Shown here in pieces: positions 22,329 to 31,148 of a stretch of DNA of 64,000 nucleotides. Position 1 is the stretch's first letter. Each line of letters begins with the position of its first letter. Source of the stretch: Burkholderiaceae bacterium (GTDB lineage: Bacteria; Pseudomonadota; Gammaproteobacteria; Burkholderiales; Burkholderiaceae_D); assembly GCA_036755305.1 (NCBI GenBank), contig DAIONG010000007.1, forward strand, positions 76,047 through 140,046, written 5' to 3'. The position numbers and the translations under genes are program-made. The notes under the pieces are model-generated. The model was not told the DNA's origin and made no database searches. It saw only the letters and a list, made by a program, of their open reading frames with translations.

Positions 22329-22587
22329 GGAATTTCCTAAATCGGGGTCAAGTTGCGTTTGCAAACATTAGCGACTGTCAAACCGGCGCCTTGGCTTACC
22401 TAGCGGAGCCTGCCCAACGATTAGTGTCTGCTAACAGAATTCAGTACAGCCCATGATTATAGCGAAGGTTTCAATTCGGAGCAATTCATAATTCAGACAT
22501 TGTCGGTTTCCTGCGCCTTTCGGAGCATCGTCCGGCGCCTGTCATTCGTGTCCGTACGGACGAGTTGCACAAGTATAATCTTGCGCC

Positions 22588-24144
22588 ATGAACCTGCTCA
22601 GAACCCTCGCCGCCATCTCCAGCATGACCATGCTGTCGCGCGTCACCGGCCTGCTGCGCGAAAGCCTGTTCGCGCGCGCCTTCGGCGCCTCGGCCTATAC
22701 CGATGCCTTCATCATCGCCTTCCGTCTGCCGAACCTGCTGCGCCGCCTGTTTGCCGAAGGCGCGTTCTCGCAGGCTTTCGTGCCGATCCTGTCGGAATAT
22801 AAAACCCAGCACGGCGAGGCGGCCACCAAGACCCTGGTCGACCACGTCGCCACCGCCCTGATCTGGGCCACGGTGCTGACCAGCATCGTCGGAATCGTCG
22901 GCGCCCCGCTCTTGATCACGCTGCTCGCCGGCGACCTGCGCGAAACGCCCGGCGCCTACGATGCCTCGGTGATCATGACGCAGATGATGTTCCCGTATAT
23001 CGCCTGCATGTCCTTCGTGGCCCTGGCCGGCGGCATCCTGAACACCTGGCGCCAGTTCAAGGTGCCTGCTTTTACCCCAGTTTTGCTGAACCTGTCCTTC
23101 ATCTTCGCCTCGCTGGTGCTGGTCAACTACCTGGAGCAGCCGATTTATGCGATGGCGATCGCGGTCTGCGTCGGCGGCCTGTTGCAGGTGGCGATCCAGA
23201 TTCCCTCGCTGGTCAAGATCGGCATGCTGCCGCGCATTTCGATCAACCCGATGCACGGCCTGCGCGACGCCGGCGTGCGGCGCATGCTCAAAAAGATGGG
23301 CCCGGCCGTGTTCGCCGTATCGGCGGCCCAGATCAGCCTGTTGATCAATACCGGCATCGCGGCCAGCCTGGCGGCCGGCGCCGTCTCGGCCCTGCAGTAT
23401 GCCGACCGCCTGATGGAATTCCCGACCGCGATGCTGGGCGTGGCCCTCGGCACCATCCTGCTGCCCTCGCTGTCGAAAGCCAATAGCGAAGGCAATGCCG
23501 AAGAATACGCGGCCCTGCTCAACTGGGGCCTGCGCCTGACCTTCCTGCTGGCGCTGCCGGCGGCGGTGGGCCTGGCGACGCTGGCCGAGCCGATGATCGC
23601 CACCCTCTTCCACTATGGCAAATTCGACGACGCGGCGCTGGCCAACTCGGCCATGCCGCTGATGGCCTACAGCGCCGGCCTGCTCGGCATCATCCTGGTA
23701 AAAATCCTGGCGCCGGCCTTTTATGCGCGCCAGGACGTCAAGACTCCGGTGCGCATCGCGATCATGGTGCTGTTCGCCACCCAGTTGATGAACCTGGTCT
23801 TCGTGTTCTGGCTCGACCTGGGCGTGGCCGGCCTGGCGCTGTCGATCGGCCTGGGCGCCTGCATCAACGCCACCTGCCTGTACGTGGGATTGCGCCGGCG
23901 CGGCATCTATGCGCCGCAGCCGGGCTGGTTGAAGTTCTTCATCAAGCTGGCCGTGGCGGTCGGCGTGATGGGGCTGCTCTCCTGGTTCGGCCAGGCGCAG
24001 TTCGACTGGGCGGCGATGAAGGCGACGCCGGCGCTGCGCGTCGGCGCCCTGCTGGGCATTATCACGGCCTGCGCCTTCGCTTACTTCGCGGTGCTGGCCG
24101 TGCTGGGCTTCAGGCCGCGCGACTTCCGCCGCCGCGCGAATTAA
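22588..24144 (+). CDS. murJ: lipid II flippase MurJ (MviN)
   Basis: 518 aa with about 14 TM segments and the MurJ N-terminus (LSRVTGLLRESLFARAFGAS...FRLPNLLRRLFAEGAFSQAFVP). It is divergent from rpsT. Confidence 0.9.
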   Translation: MNLLRTLAAISSMTMLSRVTGLLRESLFARAFGASAYTDAFIIAFRLPNLLRRLFAEGAFSQAFVPILSEYKTQHGEAATKTLVDHVATALIWATVLTSIVGIVGAPLLITLLAGDLRETPGAYDASVIMTQMMFPYIACMSFVALAGGILNTWRQFKVPAFTPVLLNLSFIFASLVLVNYLEQPIYAMAIAVCVGGLLQVAIQIPSLVKIGMLPRISINPMHGLRDAGVRRMLKKMGPAVFAVSAAQISLLINTGIAASLAAGAVSALQYADRLMEFPTAMLGVALGTILLPSLSKANSEGNAEEYAALLNWGLRLTFLLALPAAVGLATLAEPMIATLFHYGKFDDAALANSAMPLMAYSAGLLGIILVKILAPAFYARQDVKTPVRIAIMVLFATQLMNLVFVFWLDLGVAGLALSIGLGACINATCLYVGLRRRGIYAPQPGWLKFFIKLAVAVGVMGLLSWFGQAQFDWAAMKATPALRVGALLGIITACAFAYFAVLAVLGFRPRDFRRRAN

Positions 24145-24156
24145 GCTACAACGCGA

Positions 24157-24783
24157 TCAAGATTTGTACTTGACGTTGCAGCCGTATGGGCGGGTGGTGG
24201 CCTGGGCCACGTTCTTGCCCTTCACCACCGCTTCCATCGCGGTCTTGAACAGCGGGCTGGCCTTCTCGATGTCTTCCAGCTTGGCCGACGCGATGCTGTC
24301 GATGCCGCCCGCGTAGCGCAGCACGCCCTTGGCGTCGATCACGTACATATGCGGCGTGGTGCGCGCGTCATAGGCCTTGCCGACCGTGCCTTGCGGGTCG
24401 AGCAGCACCGCGCTTGGGGCGGCATTGCGGCTGGCGGTCAGCTCGTCGGCCTTCTTGCCGTCCACATGGCCCTGCTCTCCCGGCGCCGACGAGATCACGC
24501 TCAGCCAGACCACGCCGGCATCCTTGGCCTGCTTCTGCAGGGCCGGCATATTCGCCTGGTAGTGCTTTTTCACGTAAGGGCAATCGTGGTTGGTCCATTC
24601 CAGCACCACGACCTTGCCTTTATAGTCGGCCAGATTGTGCTGCTTGCCCTTGCTGTCGACGGCCGTGAATGCGGGCGCCGGCTGGCCGACCGTCGGAGCG
24701 GCCAGCGCCGGGGCAGCGCCCACCAGCAGGGCGGCCATCGATATCGTGGTGCGCAGCATGGCGCGACGTGAGGAAGCTTTCAT
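24157..24783 (-). CDS. exported thioredoxin-fold protein (PRX-like/redoxin family)
   Basis: ORF track end is 25056. I chose the ATG at 24781-24783 (MKASSRRAMLRTT...ALAAP), which carries a twin-arginine-like signal. The redox motif region reads EWTNHDCPYV. Confidence 0.75.
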   Translation of the reverse strand: MKASSRRAMLRTTISMAALLVGAAPALAAPTVGQPAPAFTAVDSKGKQHNLADYKGKVVVLEWTNHDCPYVKKHYQANMPALQKQAKDAGVVWLSVISSAPGEQGHVDGKKADELTASRNAAPSAVLLDPQGTVGKAYDARTTPHMYVIDAKGVLRYAGGIDSIASAKLEDIEKASPLFKTAMEAVVKGKNVAQATTRPYGCNVKYKS

Positions 24784-24806
24784 GACATCTCCTTTGAAAA
24801 GAATGG

Positions 24807-26909
24807 TTATTGCTGGAACGACTCGGTGACGATGGCCTGGGTCAGCACCGGCGGCAGCACCACCGCGTCTTTCCCGGCCGGATAAAAGGCGTAGAACGGC
24901 AGGCCGTCGCGCCCGAGCGATTGCAGGAAGGCCGTGATGGCAGGATCGCGGTTGGTCCAGTCGCCCTTCATGTAGACCACGCCGTGCTCCTGCATCGCCT
25001 GCTGGACGGCGGCCGTCGACAGGGTCGTGCGCTCGTTGACCAGGCAGGTGATGCACCAGGCGGCGGTCATGTTGACGAATACCGGCTTGCCTTCGGCGCG
25101 CAAGGCCGCCAGCCGCTCGGCGCTATACGGTTCGGCCTGCGCGGATTGCGCGGGCGCTGCCGCGGCCACGGGTTCGGCGCCATGCAGCGCGGCCATCAGG
25201 CCGACGATCCCGGCGACGCCCGCCAGCGCCGCGCCGCGCGGCCACCAGGTCTTCGCGCGATGCTGGCCGAGGCCGACCAGCCAGGCCACCAGGCCCACCA
25301 GCACCAGCCCGGCGAGCGCCATGCGCAGGCCGGCCTCGCCCGCCTGCTGCGCCAGCACCCACAGCAGCCAGGCGGCCGTCGCATACATCGGGAAGGCCAT
25401 CGCCTGGCGCAGAGTCACCATCCACGCGCCGGGCCGCGGCAGACGCCGGGCGACGGCCGGGAACAGTCCGAGCAGCAGGAAAGGCAGGGCCAGGCCAAGA
25501 CCCATCATCGCGAACACCACCAGGCTGACGTAGGCTGGCGCCACCAGCGCCGAGCCGATCGCCGCGCCCATGAACGGCGCGGTGCAGGGCGTGGCCACCA
25601 CCACCGCCAGCAGGCCGGTGAAGAAGCTGCCCGCATGGCCCTTCTTCTGCGCGAGGTCCTGGCCCGCACCGGCGAGGGAGCCGCCGATCTCGAACACGCC
25701 GGACAGGTTCAGGCCGATCGCCAGCATCAGCCAGGACATCGCCGCCACGAACAGCGGCGACTGGAACTGGAAGCCCCAGCCGACCGCGCTGCCGCCAGCA
25801 CGCACGGCCAGCAGGGCCAGCGCCAGCGCCATGAAGGCGGCCAGCACGCCGAGGGTATAGAACAGGCCGGACAGGCGGACCTCACGCCGGTCGCCGCCCG
25901 ACATGCCGGCCACCGCCGTGGCCTTGATCGCCAGCACCGGGAATACGCAGGGCATCAGGTTCAGGATCAGGCCGCCCAGGAAGGCGAACAAGGCCATCTG
26001 CCACAGCGGCAGCGTGGTTGGCGCCTCGGTCGTCGTGGTGGCGGCCGCTGCGGGCGTGAGCTCGAGCGCGAACCAGCGTTTCTGTCCGCCGCCGTCCGTA
26101 ATCGCCAGCAGGCCGGCGGACGGCCCGGGAGTGAAACCCTGGCCTTTCGTCGTCGCCAGCGTGAGACTGCCTTCTTCCACTTTCAGGGCCTGGTCGGCGA
26201 CATGGTCGACGATGCCCCAGCTGTCCGGGAAGTACAGCGCGGAACGCACGGTCGTCGTCGAGATGCCTTCTCCTTCGACCACCAGTTGCAGCGTCGATTC
26301 TCCTGCGCTGACCGTGGCCTTCCACGGCGACGCCTGCGGCTGGCGCGCATCGGCGGTCCTGAAGGCGGCGCGGATCTCGTCGCTCGCGGGACGTGCGTTC
26401 GCCTCGACCGGCAAGACCAGGCGGAACTTGCCTTCCTCGGGAATGCATTCCTTCTCGCACACCACCCAGTCGGCATTCGCCTCCAGCGCCAACTGGCTGC
26501 CGGGCCGCGCATCCTGCGGCACCGTCAGGGCCATCGGGAACACAATCTCGTTCTCGTAGCCGTAGCTGGCGACAGGACCGATGATGAAACGGTCGGGGCC
26601 CGGCCAGGCGATTTCGCCGACCGTGACGTCTGGCTGCGCCTCGAACGTGATGCTCGGCGGCGAGCCGGCGTCTCCGGGATTCTTCCAGTAGGTGTGCCAG
26701 TGCGGCGCCAGGCGCTGGCGCAGGCCGATGCGCAACTCCTGGCCCGGGCTCACGGCGGCGTACTCGCTCACCAGCGACACCGTGGCGCGCGGGCTTTGCT
26801 GCACATTGCTCTCTGTCGCCACGGCCAGCATCGGCGTCAATACAAAGAGCAGTGCCGTGGTCAAGGTGCGCCAGGAAGACCAGGCGGCGATTGGAAAAGA
26901 TCCGGGCAT
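24807..26909 (-). CDS. DsbD/ScsB-family thiol:disulfide interchange protein
   Basis: 700 aa. It has a signal peptide, an N-terminal periplasmic domain, a TM core with conserved Cys residues (LMPCVFPVL, ATPCTAPF) and a C-terminal thioredoxin domain (WCITC). Confidence 0.82.
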   Translation of the reverse strand: MPGSFPIAAWSSWRTLTTALLFVLTPMLAVATESNVQQSPRATVSLVSEYAAVSPGQELRIGLRQRLAPHWHTYWKNPGDAGSPPSITFEAQPDVTVGEIAWPGPDRFIIGPVASYGYENEIVFPMALTVPQDARPGSQLALEANADWVVCEKECIPEEGKFRLVLPVEANARPASDEIRAAFRTADARQPQASPWKATVSAGESTLQLVVEGEGISTTTVRSALYFPDSWGIVDHVADQALKVEEGSLTLATTKGQGFTPGPSAGLLAITDGGGQKRWFALELTPAAAATTTTEAPTTLPLWQMALFAFLGGLILNLMPCVFPVLAIKATAVAGMSGGDRREVRLSGLFYTLGVLAAFMALALALLAVRAGGSAVGWGFQFQSPLFVAAMSWLMLAIGLNLSGVFEIGGSLAGAGQDLAQKKGHAGSFFTGLLAVVVATPCTAPFMGAAIGSALVAPAYVSLVVFAMMGLGLALPFLLLGLFPAVARRLPRPGAWMVTLRQAMAFPMYATAAWLLWVLAQQAGEAGLRMALAGLVLVGLVAWLVGLGQHRAKTWWPRGAALAGVAGIVGLMAALHGAEPVAAAAPAQSAQAEPYSAERLAALRAEGKPVFVNMTAAWCITCLVNERTTLSTAAVQQAMQEHGVVYMKGDWTNRDPAITAFLQSLGRDGLPFYAFYPAGKDAVVLPPVLTQAIVTESFQQ

Positions 26910-27110
26910 GGGTTGGCAGATAAGTAGGTCCGACGGTCGGTGACAAAACTAACACGTTCCTGCGTCCCCGGGCAATCACCCCGGCACTGTAAAGACTCCT
27001 TGCTGCATCCTGACTTTCGGCACATGCGCGCCTCGCCGTGGCTCCCGATAATCGCCCCACTCGCAGCGCCTCGGGGGCGCCGCGATTCAACCAGAACCGG
27101 AAAAACAACC

Positions 27111-27686
27111 ATGCAAAAGATCGTCCATGCCGCCGCCTTCATCGCCATCCTCTGCGGCGCCGGCGCCGCACAAGCGCAGGAAAATGGCTACATCGGCCTC
27201 GCCTTCGGGCCCTCGAAAGGCAGCGTCACGAACGCCGACGGCGAGCGTATCAGCCAAAAAAACGACGTCGTCGCGTTCAAGGGGTATGCCGGATACGCAC
27301 TGAACCCGCACTTCGCCATCGAGGGTGGTTACGCCGGCACGACGGGCAAGCTGCGGTTCGACGGCGCCCGATTCGGCGCCGCCGACGACCCACGCGCCGA
27401 CATGAGCGCCTACTATGTGGCGCTGCGCGGCAAGGTCGCCGTCGGGGCATCGGTCGACCTGTTCGCCAAGCTTGGCGTGGCGCGCAACCGTTTCGAGCTC
27501 ACCGGCGCCGGCGAACGGGACTTCGACGTGACCGCCACCAAACCGATGGTGGGGGTGGGCGCCGCCTGGCGCGTGACCGACCGGGTGGCGTTGACGGCGG
27601 AGCTGGAACACTATGGCCGCGTGCGCGAAGGGAGCCGCCGCTTCGTCCAGAACCGCGCTCAGATCGGCGTTCAGTTCGGCTTCTGA
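27111..27686 (+). CDS. small outer-membrane beta-barrel protein (OmpA-like barrel / OmpX-type)
   Basis: ORF track start is 26940. I chose the ATG at 27111 (MQKIVHAAAFIAILCGAGAAQA signal). It shows alternating beta-strand patterns and the terminal VQFGF signature. Confidence 0.75.
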   Translation: MQKIVHAAAFIAILCGAGAAQAQENGYIGLAFGPSKGSVTNADGERISQKNDVVAFKGYAGYALNPHFAIEGGYAGTTGKLRFDGARFGAADDPRADMSAYYVALRGKVAVGASVDLFAKLGVARNRFELTGAGERDFDVTATKPMVGVGAAWRVTDRVALTAELEHYGRVREGSRRFVQNRAQIGVQFGF

Positions 27687-27761
27687 CGCGAACGGCAAGA
27701 ACGAGCAGACTTTCCACAAGGCATCTGCGAAAATGCTGCTCCCTGGCCCCTCTTGAAGACA

Positions 27762-29021
27762 ATGACGCCCGCGCCCACCTCCAATCGCATGCCGCACATC
27801 CCTCCCTGGACGTTCGCGTTCGCCGCCGCGCTGCTGTTCGCGGGCCTCGAGATCGGCGCCGTGCTCAGCGCAGGCGTGGACCGGGCTGAGCTGCATAACC
27901 CACTCGGCCTGGCAGCGCTGGCGCTGGTCCTCGGGCCGCAGGACTGGATGGCCTGGACCGGCGGCGCGCAACGGGCATCCGTCTTCCAGTGCTATGCGAT
28001 CGCGAAGACCGCGGTCGCATGCATTGCCGTGCCGGCAGCGGCCGCCGCCTGCGCGACCCGCTCGCCGCGACGGCGCGCGGCGCTGCTGGCGCTGCAGATG
28101 GCGTGCGCGCTGGCGCTCGACTCCACGCCGTTCCACCTGCTCGTGGCCGTGCAACTCGGCATGCTGCTGCCGCTACGCACGGCGCTTGCATGGCTGGCGA
28201 CCCAGTACCTGCTGGGGGCCGGCATCGATCTCCTGCTGGTGCTCGACCTCGCGCAGCGCCTGGCACAGCCGCCGCAATGGCCGCTGCTTGGCTACCTGTG
28301 CGCCGAGCGGGCGGTCGTCGTCGCCGGCTTCGCCGCCGTCGGCCGCCTGGTCCTGTACGAGCGCCGCACGCGCCAGGCGCTGGCCACCGCCAACGCCCAA
28401 TTGCTGGCGACCCAGTCCCTGCTGGCCGACACCGTCCGTGGCGGCGAGCGGCTGCGCATCGCTCGCGACCTGCACGACACGGTCGGCCATCACCTGACGG
28501 CGCTGAACCTGCATCTCGACCTGGCGCTGCGCCAGGCGGGCGGCGCCGTTCCACCCGCCCTTCCGACGGCGCGCGCCGTCAGCCATGACCTGCTGGCCCA
28601 GGTGCGCAGCGTCGTCACCAGCACGCGCGACGACCGTCCGATCGACCTGGCGCAAGCCTTGCGGATGCTGTGCGCGGGGCTCCCTGCCTTGAAGGTCGAC
28701 CTGCGCATCGACGCCGAGGCTGCGCGCCAGCCAACGCCGGCGGCGCACGCGCTGTTCTGCTGCATCCAGGAAGCCATTACCAACACGCTGCGTCACGCCC
28801 AGGCAAGGCGACTGGACATCGTCCTGGACATCGACGATGGCATGACGGTTGCCCGCGTGTCCGACGACGGCTGCGGCAAGAACGGCGCCGCCGAAGGCAA
28901 CGGCCTGCTCGGCATGCGCGAGCGCCTGGCCGAACTGGGCGGCGCACTGCGTTGCGTGGACAACGGTGGCGCCGGTTTCGCGCTCGAAATGCGCGTGCCG
29001 CGGGCCTGGAGCCAGGCATGA
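27762..29021 (+). CDS. membrane-embedded sensor histidine kinase (HisKA_3 / DesK-LiaS type)
   Basis: An alternative TTG start exists at 27753. The roughly 200-aa polytopic N-terminus shows no obvious periplasmic domain. The H-box is RIARDLHDTVGHHL, followed by a HATPase_c domain. Confidence 0.8.
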   Translation: MTPAPTSNRMPHIPPWTFAFAAALLFAGLEIGAVLSAGVDRAELHNPLGLAALALVLGPQDWMAWTGGAQRASVFQCYAIAKTAVACIAVPAAAAACATRSPRRRAALLALQMACALALDSTPFHLLVAVQLGMLLPLRTALAWLATQYLLGAGIDLLLVLDLAQRLAQPPQWPLLGYLCAERAVVVAGFAAVGRLVLYERRTRQALATANAQLLATQSLLADTVRGGERLRIARDLHDTVGHHLTALNLHLDLALRQAGGAVPPALPTARAVSHDLLAQVRSVVTSTRDDRPIDLAQALRMLCAGLPALKVDLRIDAEAARQPTPAAHALFCCIQEAITNTLRHAQARRLDIVLDIDDGMTVARVSDDGCGKNGAAEGNGLLGMRERLAELGGALRCVDNGGAGFALEMRVPRAWSQA

Positions 29022-29650
29022 TCCGCGTCGGCCTGGTCGACGACCAGACCCTGGTGCGCAGCGGCATCCGCGGCTTGCTGGACCTGACCGACGATATCCG
29101 CGTGGTCGCGGAAGCGGCCGATGTCGACGCGGCCCGTTCGATGCTGGCCACGCACGACCTCGACGTGCTCCTGCTCGACGTGCGCATGCCTGGCGGCGAC
29201 GGGCTGGAACTGCTGCGCCATCAGCCCACCACACTGCCGCCGACGATCATGTTGACGACGTTCGACGACGACGAGGTCCTGTTCGAGGCGATGCGCGCCG
29301 GCGCACGCGGCTTCCTGCTGAAGGACATTTCGCTGGAGCGGCTGGCGGATGGCCTGCGCGCCGTGGCACGCGGCGCCACCCTGTTCCGGCCCGCCATGAC
29401 GGAACGGGTGCGGGCATCCTACCAGCGCACGCACAGCACGGCGGCGGCCACCGGTGCAGCCGGACTGACGCGCCGTGAAATCGAAATCCTTGCCCTGATG
29501 GCCGGCGGGCTCAGTAACGCCGAAATCGGCGCAGCGCTCGGCGTGAGCGAGGGCACGGTCAAGAACCACGTATCGAGCATCCTGTCCAAGCTGGGAGTAC
29601 GCGACCGCGTGCGCGCGGTCTTGCGCGGCATCGAGCTCGAACTCGTCTGA
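29018..29650 (+). CDS. NarL/LuxR-family response regulator
   Basis: 210 aa. The ATG overlaps the kinase stop codon (ATGA). It has a receiver domain (VGLVDDQ...DVLLLDVRMPG) and a LuxR HTH (LTRREIEILALMAGGLSNAEIG). Confidence 0.88.
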   Translation: MIRVGLVDDQTLVRSGIRGLLDLTDDIRVVAEAADVDAARSMLATHDLDVLLLDVRMPGGDGLELLRHQPTTLPPTIMLTTFDDDEVLFEAMRAGARGFLLKDISLERLADGLRAVARGATLFRPAMTERVRASYQRTHSTAAATGAAGLTRREIEILALMAGGLSNAEIGAALGVSEGTVKNHVSSILSKLGVRDRVRAVLRGIELELV

Positions 29651-29656
29651 CGTCGC

Positions 29657-30295
29657 TCAGGCCGGCGTCGCGGCTTCCTCCGCCGGCTCGGATTCAGGTT
29701 CGGGTTCGGGCTCGGGCGGCGGGGGCGGCACGGCCGGCTGCGGAACGGCCGGCTGCGGAACGGGCGGCGCCGGTTGCGCGCCCGGCCCGCCAGACTGCGT
29801 CGTCGCAACCGCCGGCGCCAGGCTGCGCTCGCCCGCGCTGAAGCGCCACTCCGATATCTTTTCCTTGTTGTCCAGGCCCTTGAAGCGCTTGTCGAAATTG
29901 GCGATCTTCAGCGGCTTGGCGTCGGACAGGCTGTGGAAGGCGACGATCCTGGTCTCGCCGTCGCCCAGGTAGACAATGCCCCACTCGGCCTTGCCGGTCA
30001 GCGGATCGACGTAGACCTTGCGCAGGTGGCGCCGCACGGCGGGCGAACGCGGGTCCTTCAGCAGTTCCGTCAGCGAGGGCGGATACGGCGAGGCGCCGCG
30101 CGGCGTGGCGGCGGCGTAGCTGTCCAGCGCCGCGCTATAGGCGGCGCCGATTTCCAGCAGCTCTTCCTCGGCCGCTGCGCGCTGCAGGAGCGAACCGACC
30201 TTGAGCGTGGCCGCGCCCACCAGGCCGATGATGGCCACGAAGATGATCAGGCCGAGATAAGTGAAGCCGGCCTGGCGACGCGCCGTCACTACCAC
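29657..30295 (-). CDS. prepilin-type N-terminal domain protein (atypical minor pseudopilin with a Pro/Glu-rich tail)
   Basis: 212 aa with a GTG start. The leader and cleavage region read RRQAG|FTYLGLIIFVAIIGLVGA, with Gly rather than Glu at position +5. The C-terminal approximately 45 aa (PAPPVPQPAVPQPAVPPPPPEPEPEPESEPAEEAATPA) are Pro/Glu-rich. Confidence 0.7.
   Translation of the reverse strand: MVVTARRQAGFTYLGLIIFVAIIGLVGAATLKVGSLLQRAAAEEELLEIGAAYSAALDSYAAATPRGASPYPPSLTELLKDPRSPAVRRHLRKVYVDPLTGKAEWGIVYLGDGETRIVAFHSLSDAKPLKIANFDKRFKGLDNKEKISEWRFSAGERSLAPAVATTQSGGPGAQPAPPVPQPAVPQPAVPPPPPEPEPEPESEPAEEAATPA
29730..29759 (-). repeat. 15-nt perfect tandem duplication inside coding sequence
   Basis: ACGGCCGGCTGCGGA occurs twice (plus strand). 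It encodes the duplicated VPQPA unit of the pseudopilin tail. Confidence 0.9.
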
Positions 30296-30663
30296 TCCAG
30301 GTAGGGACGCCCGCGCCGGTCGTTGCCGGGCGCGCCGCTGCGCAGGTTGGCGAAGCCGCCCTGCTCGCCGTCCTTCGGCGCTTCGAGCACCCAGGTCTCG
30401 CGGCTCTCGGTGACGGGGTCGAGCGGGATCTCGCGCAGGTATTTTTGCTCCACCAGCTGCTCGAGCGATTCCGGATAACGCCCGGTGTCGGAGCGGTACT
30501 GGTCGACCACGGCGCGCGTGTTGCGCAGGTTGTCGGCCAGGATGGTCTCTTTCGCGCTGTCGATGCTGGGGAAGAAGCGTGGCACGGCGAGCGTCAGCAG
30601 CAGGGCCACGATGCCCAGCACCACCAGCAGTTCGATCAGCGTGAAGCCGCGCGCGTTTCTCAT
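30289..30663 (-). CDS. GspG-fold minor pseudopilin
   Basis: The ORF track frame extends to 31560. I chose the ATG at 30661-30663. The prepilin leader is MRNARG|FTLIELLVVLGIVALL, and the G-like core reads YPESLEQLVEQKYLREIPLDP. 124 aa. Confidence 0.75.
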   Translation of the reverse strand: MRNARGFTLIELLVVLGIVALLLTLAVPRFFPSIDSAKETILADNLRNTRAVVDQYRSDTGRYPESLEQLVEQKYLREIPLDPVTESRETWVLEAPKDGEQGGFANLRSGAPGNDRRGRPYLEW

Positions 30664-30668
30664 CAAGG

Positions 30669-31148
30669 TCACCATCTGTTGTAGGGAATGCCGTTCAGGC
30701 CAAGCCGTTGCGAGGTCGAATACACGTCGTAGACGTCGTCGCCCTCCTTCGGTTCGTCCGGCTCGCTGGCGTAGCTGCGCTTGCCCCAGGTGGCGGCGTC
30801 CGACAGTTCCGGATCGGGATTGAACGGATCGCGCGGCAGGCGCCGCAGGAAGTAGATTTTTGCCTGCTTGGCGCTGCGCAGGTCGGGCACGCCTTCGACC
30901 AGCAGCTCCAGGCGTTCCGGGTAGCCGCTGGCGTCGGCCGCCTTGCCGACGCGGCCTTCGTCGCCGGCCTTCTTGTAGGCATCCAGGCCGGCGCGGATCT
31001 CGCGCAGCGCGCGCCGCAGTTCCTGTTCGTCGCGGCGCTGCACCGTGACCTCGGCCACCGGCAGCACCAGGGTGCCCAGCAGCGCGAGGATGGCCAGCGT
31101 GACCAGCAGTTCGATCAGCGTGAAGCCGCGCCGCGCCGACATGTTCAT
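30669..31148 (-). CDS. GspG-fold minor pseudopilin
   Basis: 159 aa. The leader is MNMSARRG|FTLIELLVTLAILALL and the core reads YFLRRLPRDPF. The ATG overlaps the secretin stop codon (ATGA). Confidence 0.75.
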   Translation of the reverse strand: MNMSARRGFTLIELLVTLAILALLGTLVLPVAEVTVQRRDEQELRRALREIRAGLDAYKKAGDEGRVGKAADASGYPERLELLVEGVPDLRSAKQAKIYFLRRLPRDPFNPDPELSDAATWGKRSYASEPDEPKEGDDVYDVYSTSQRLGLNGIPYNRW

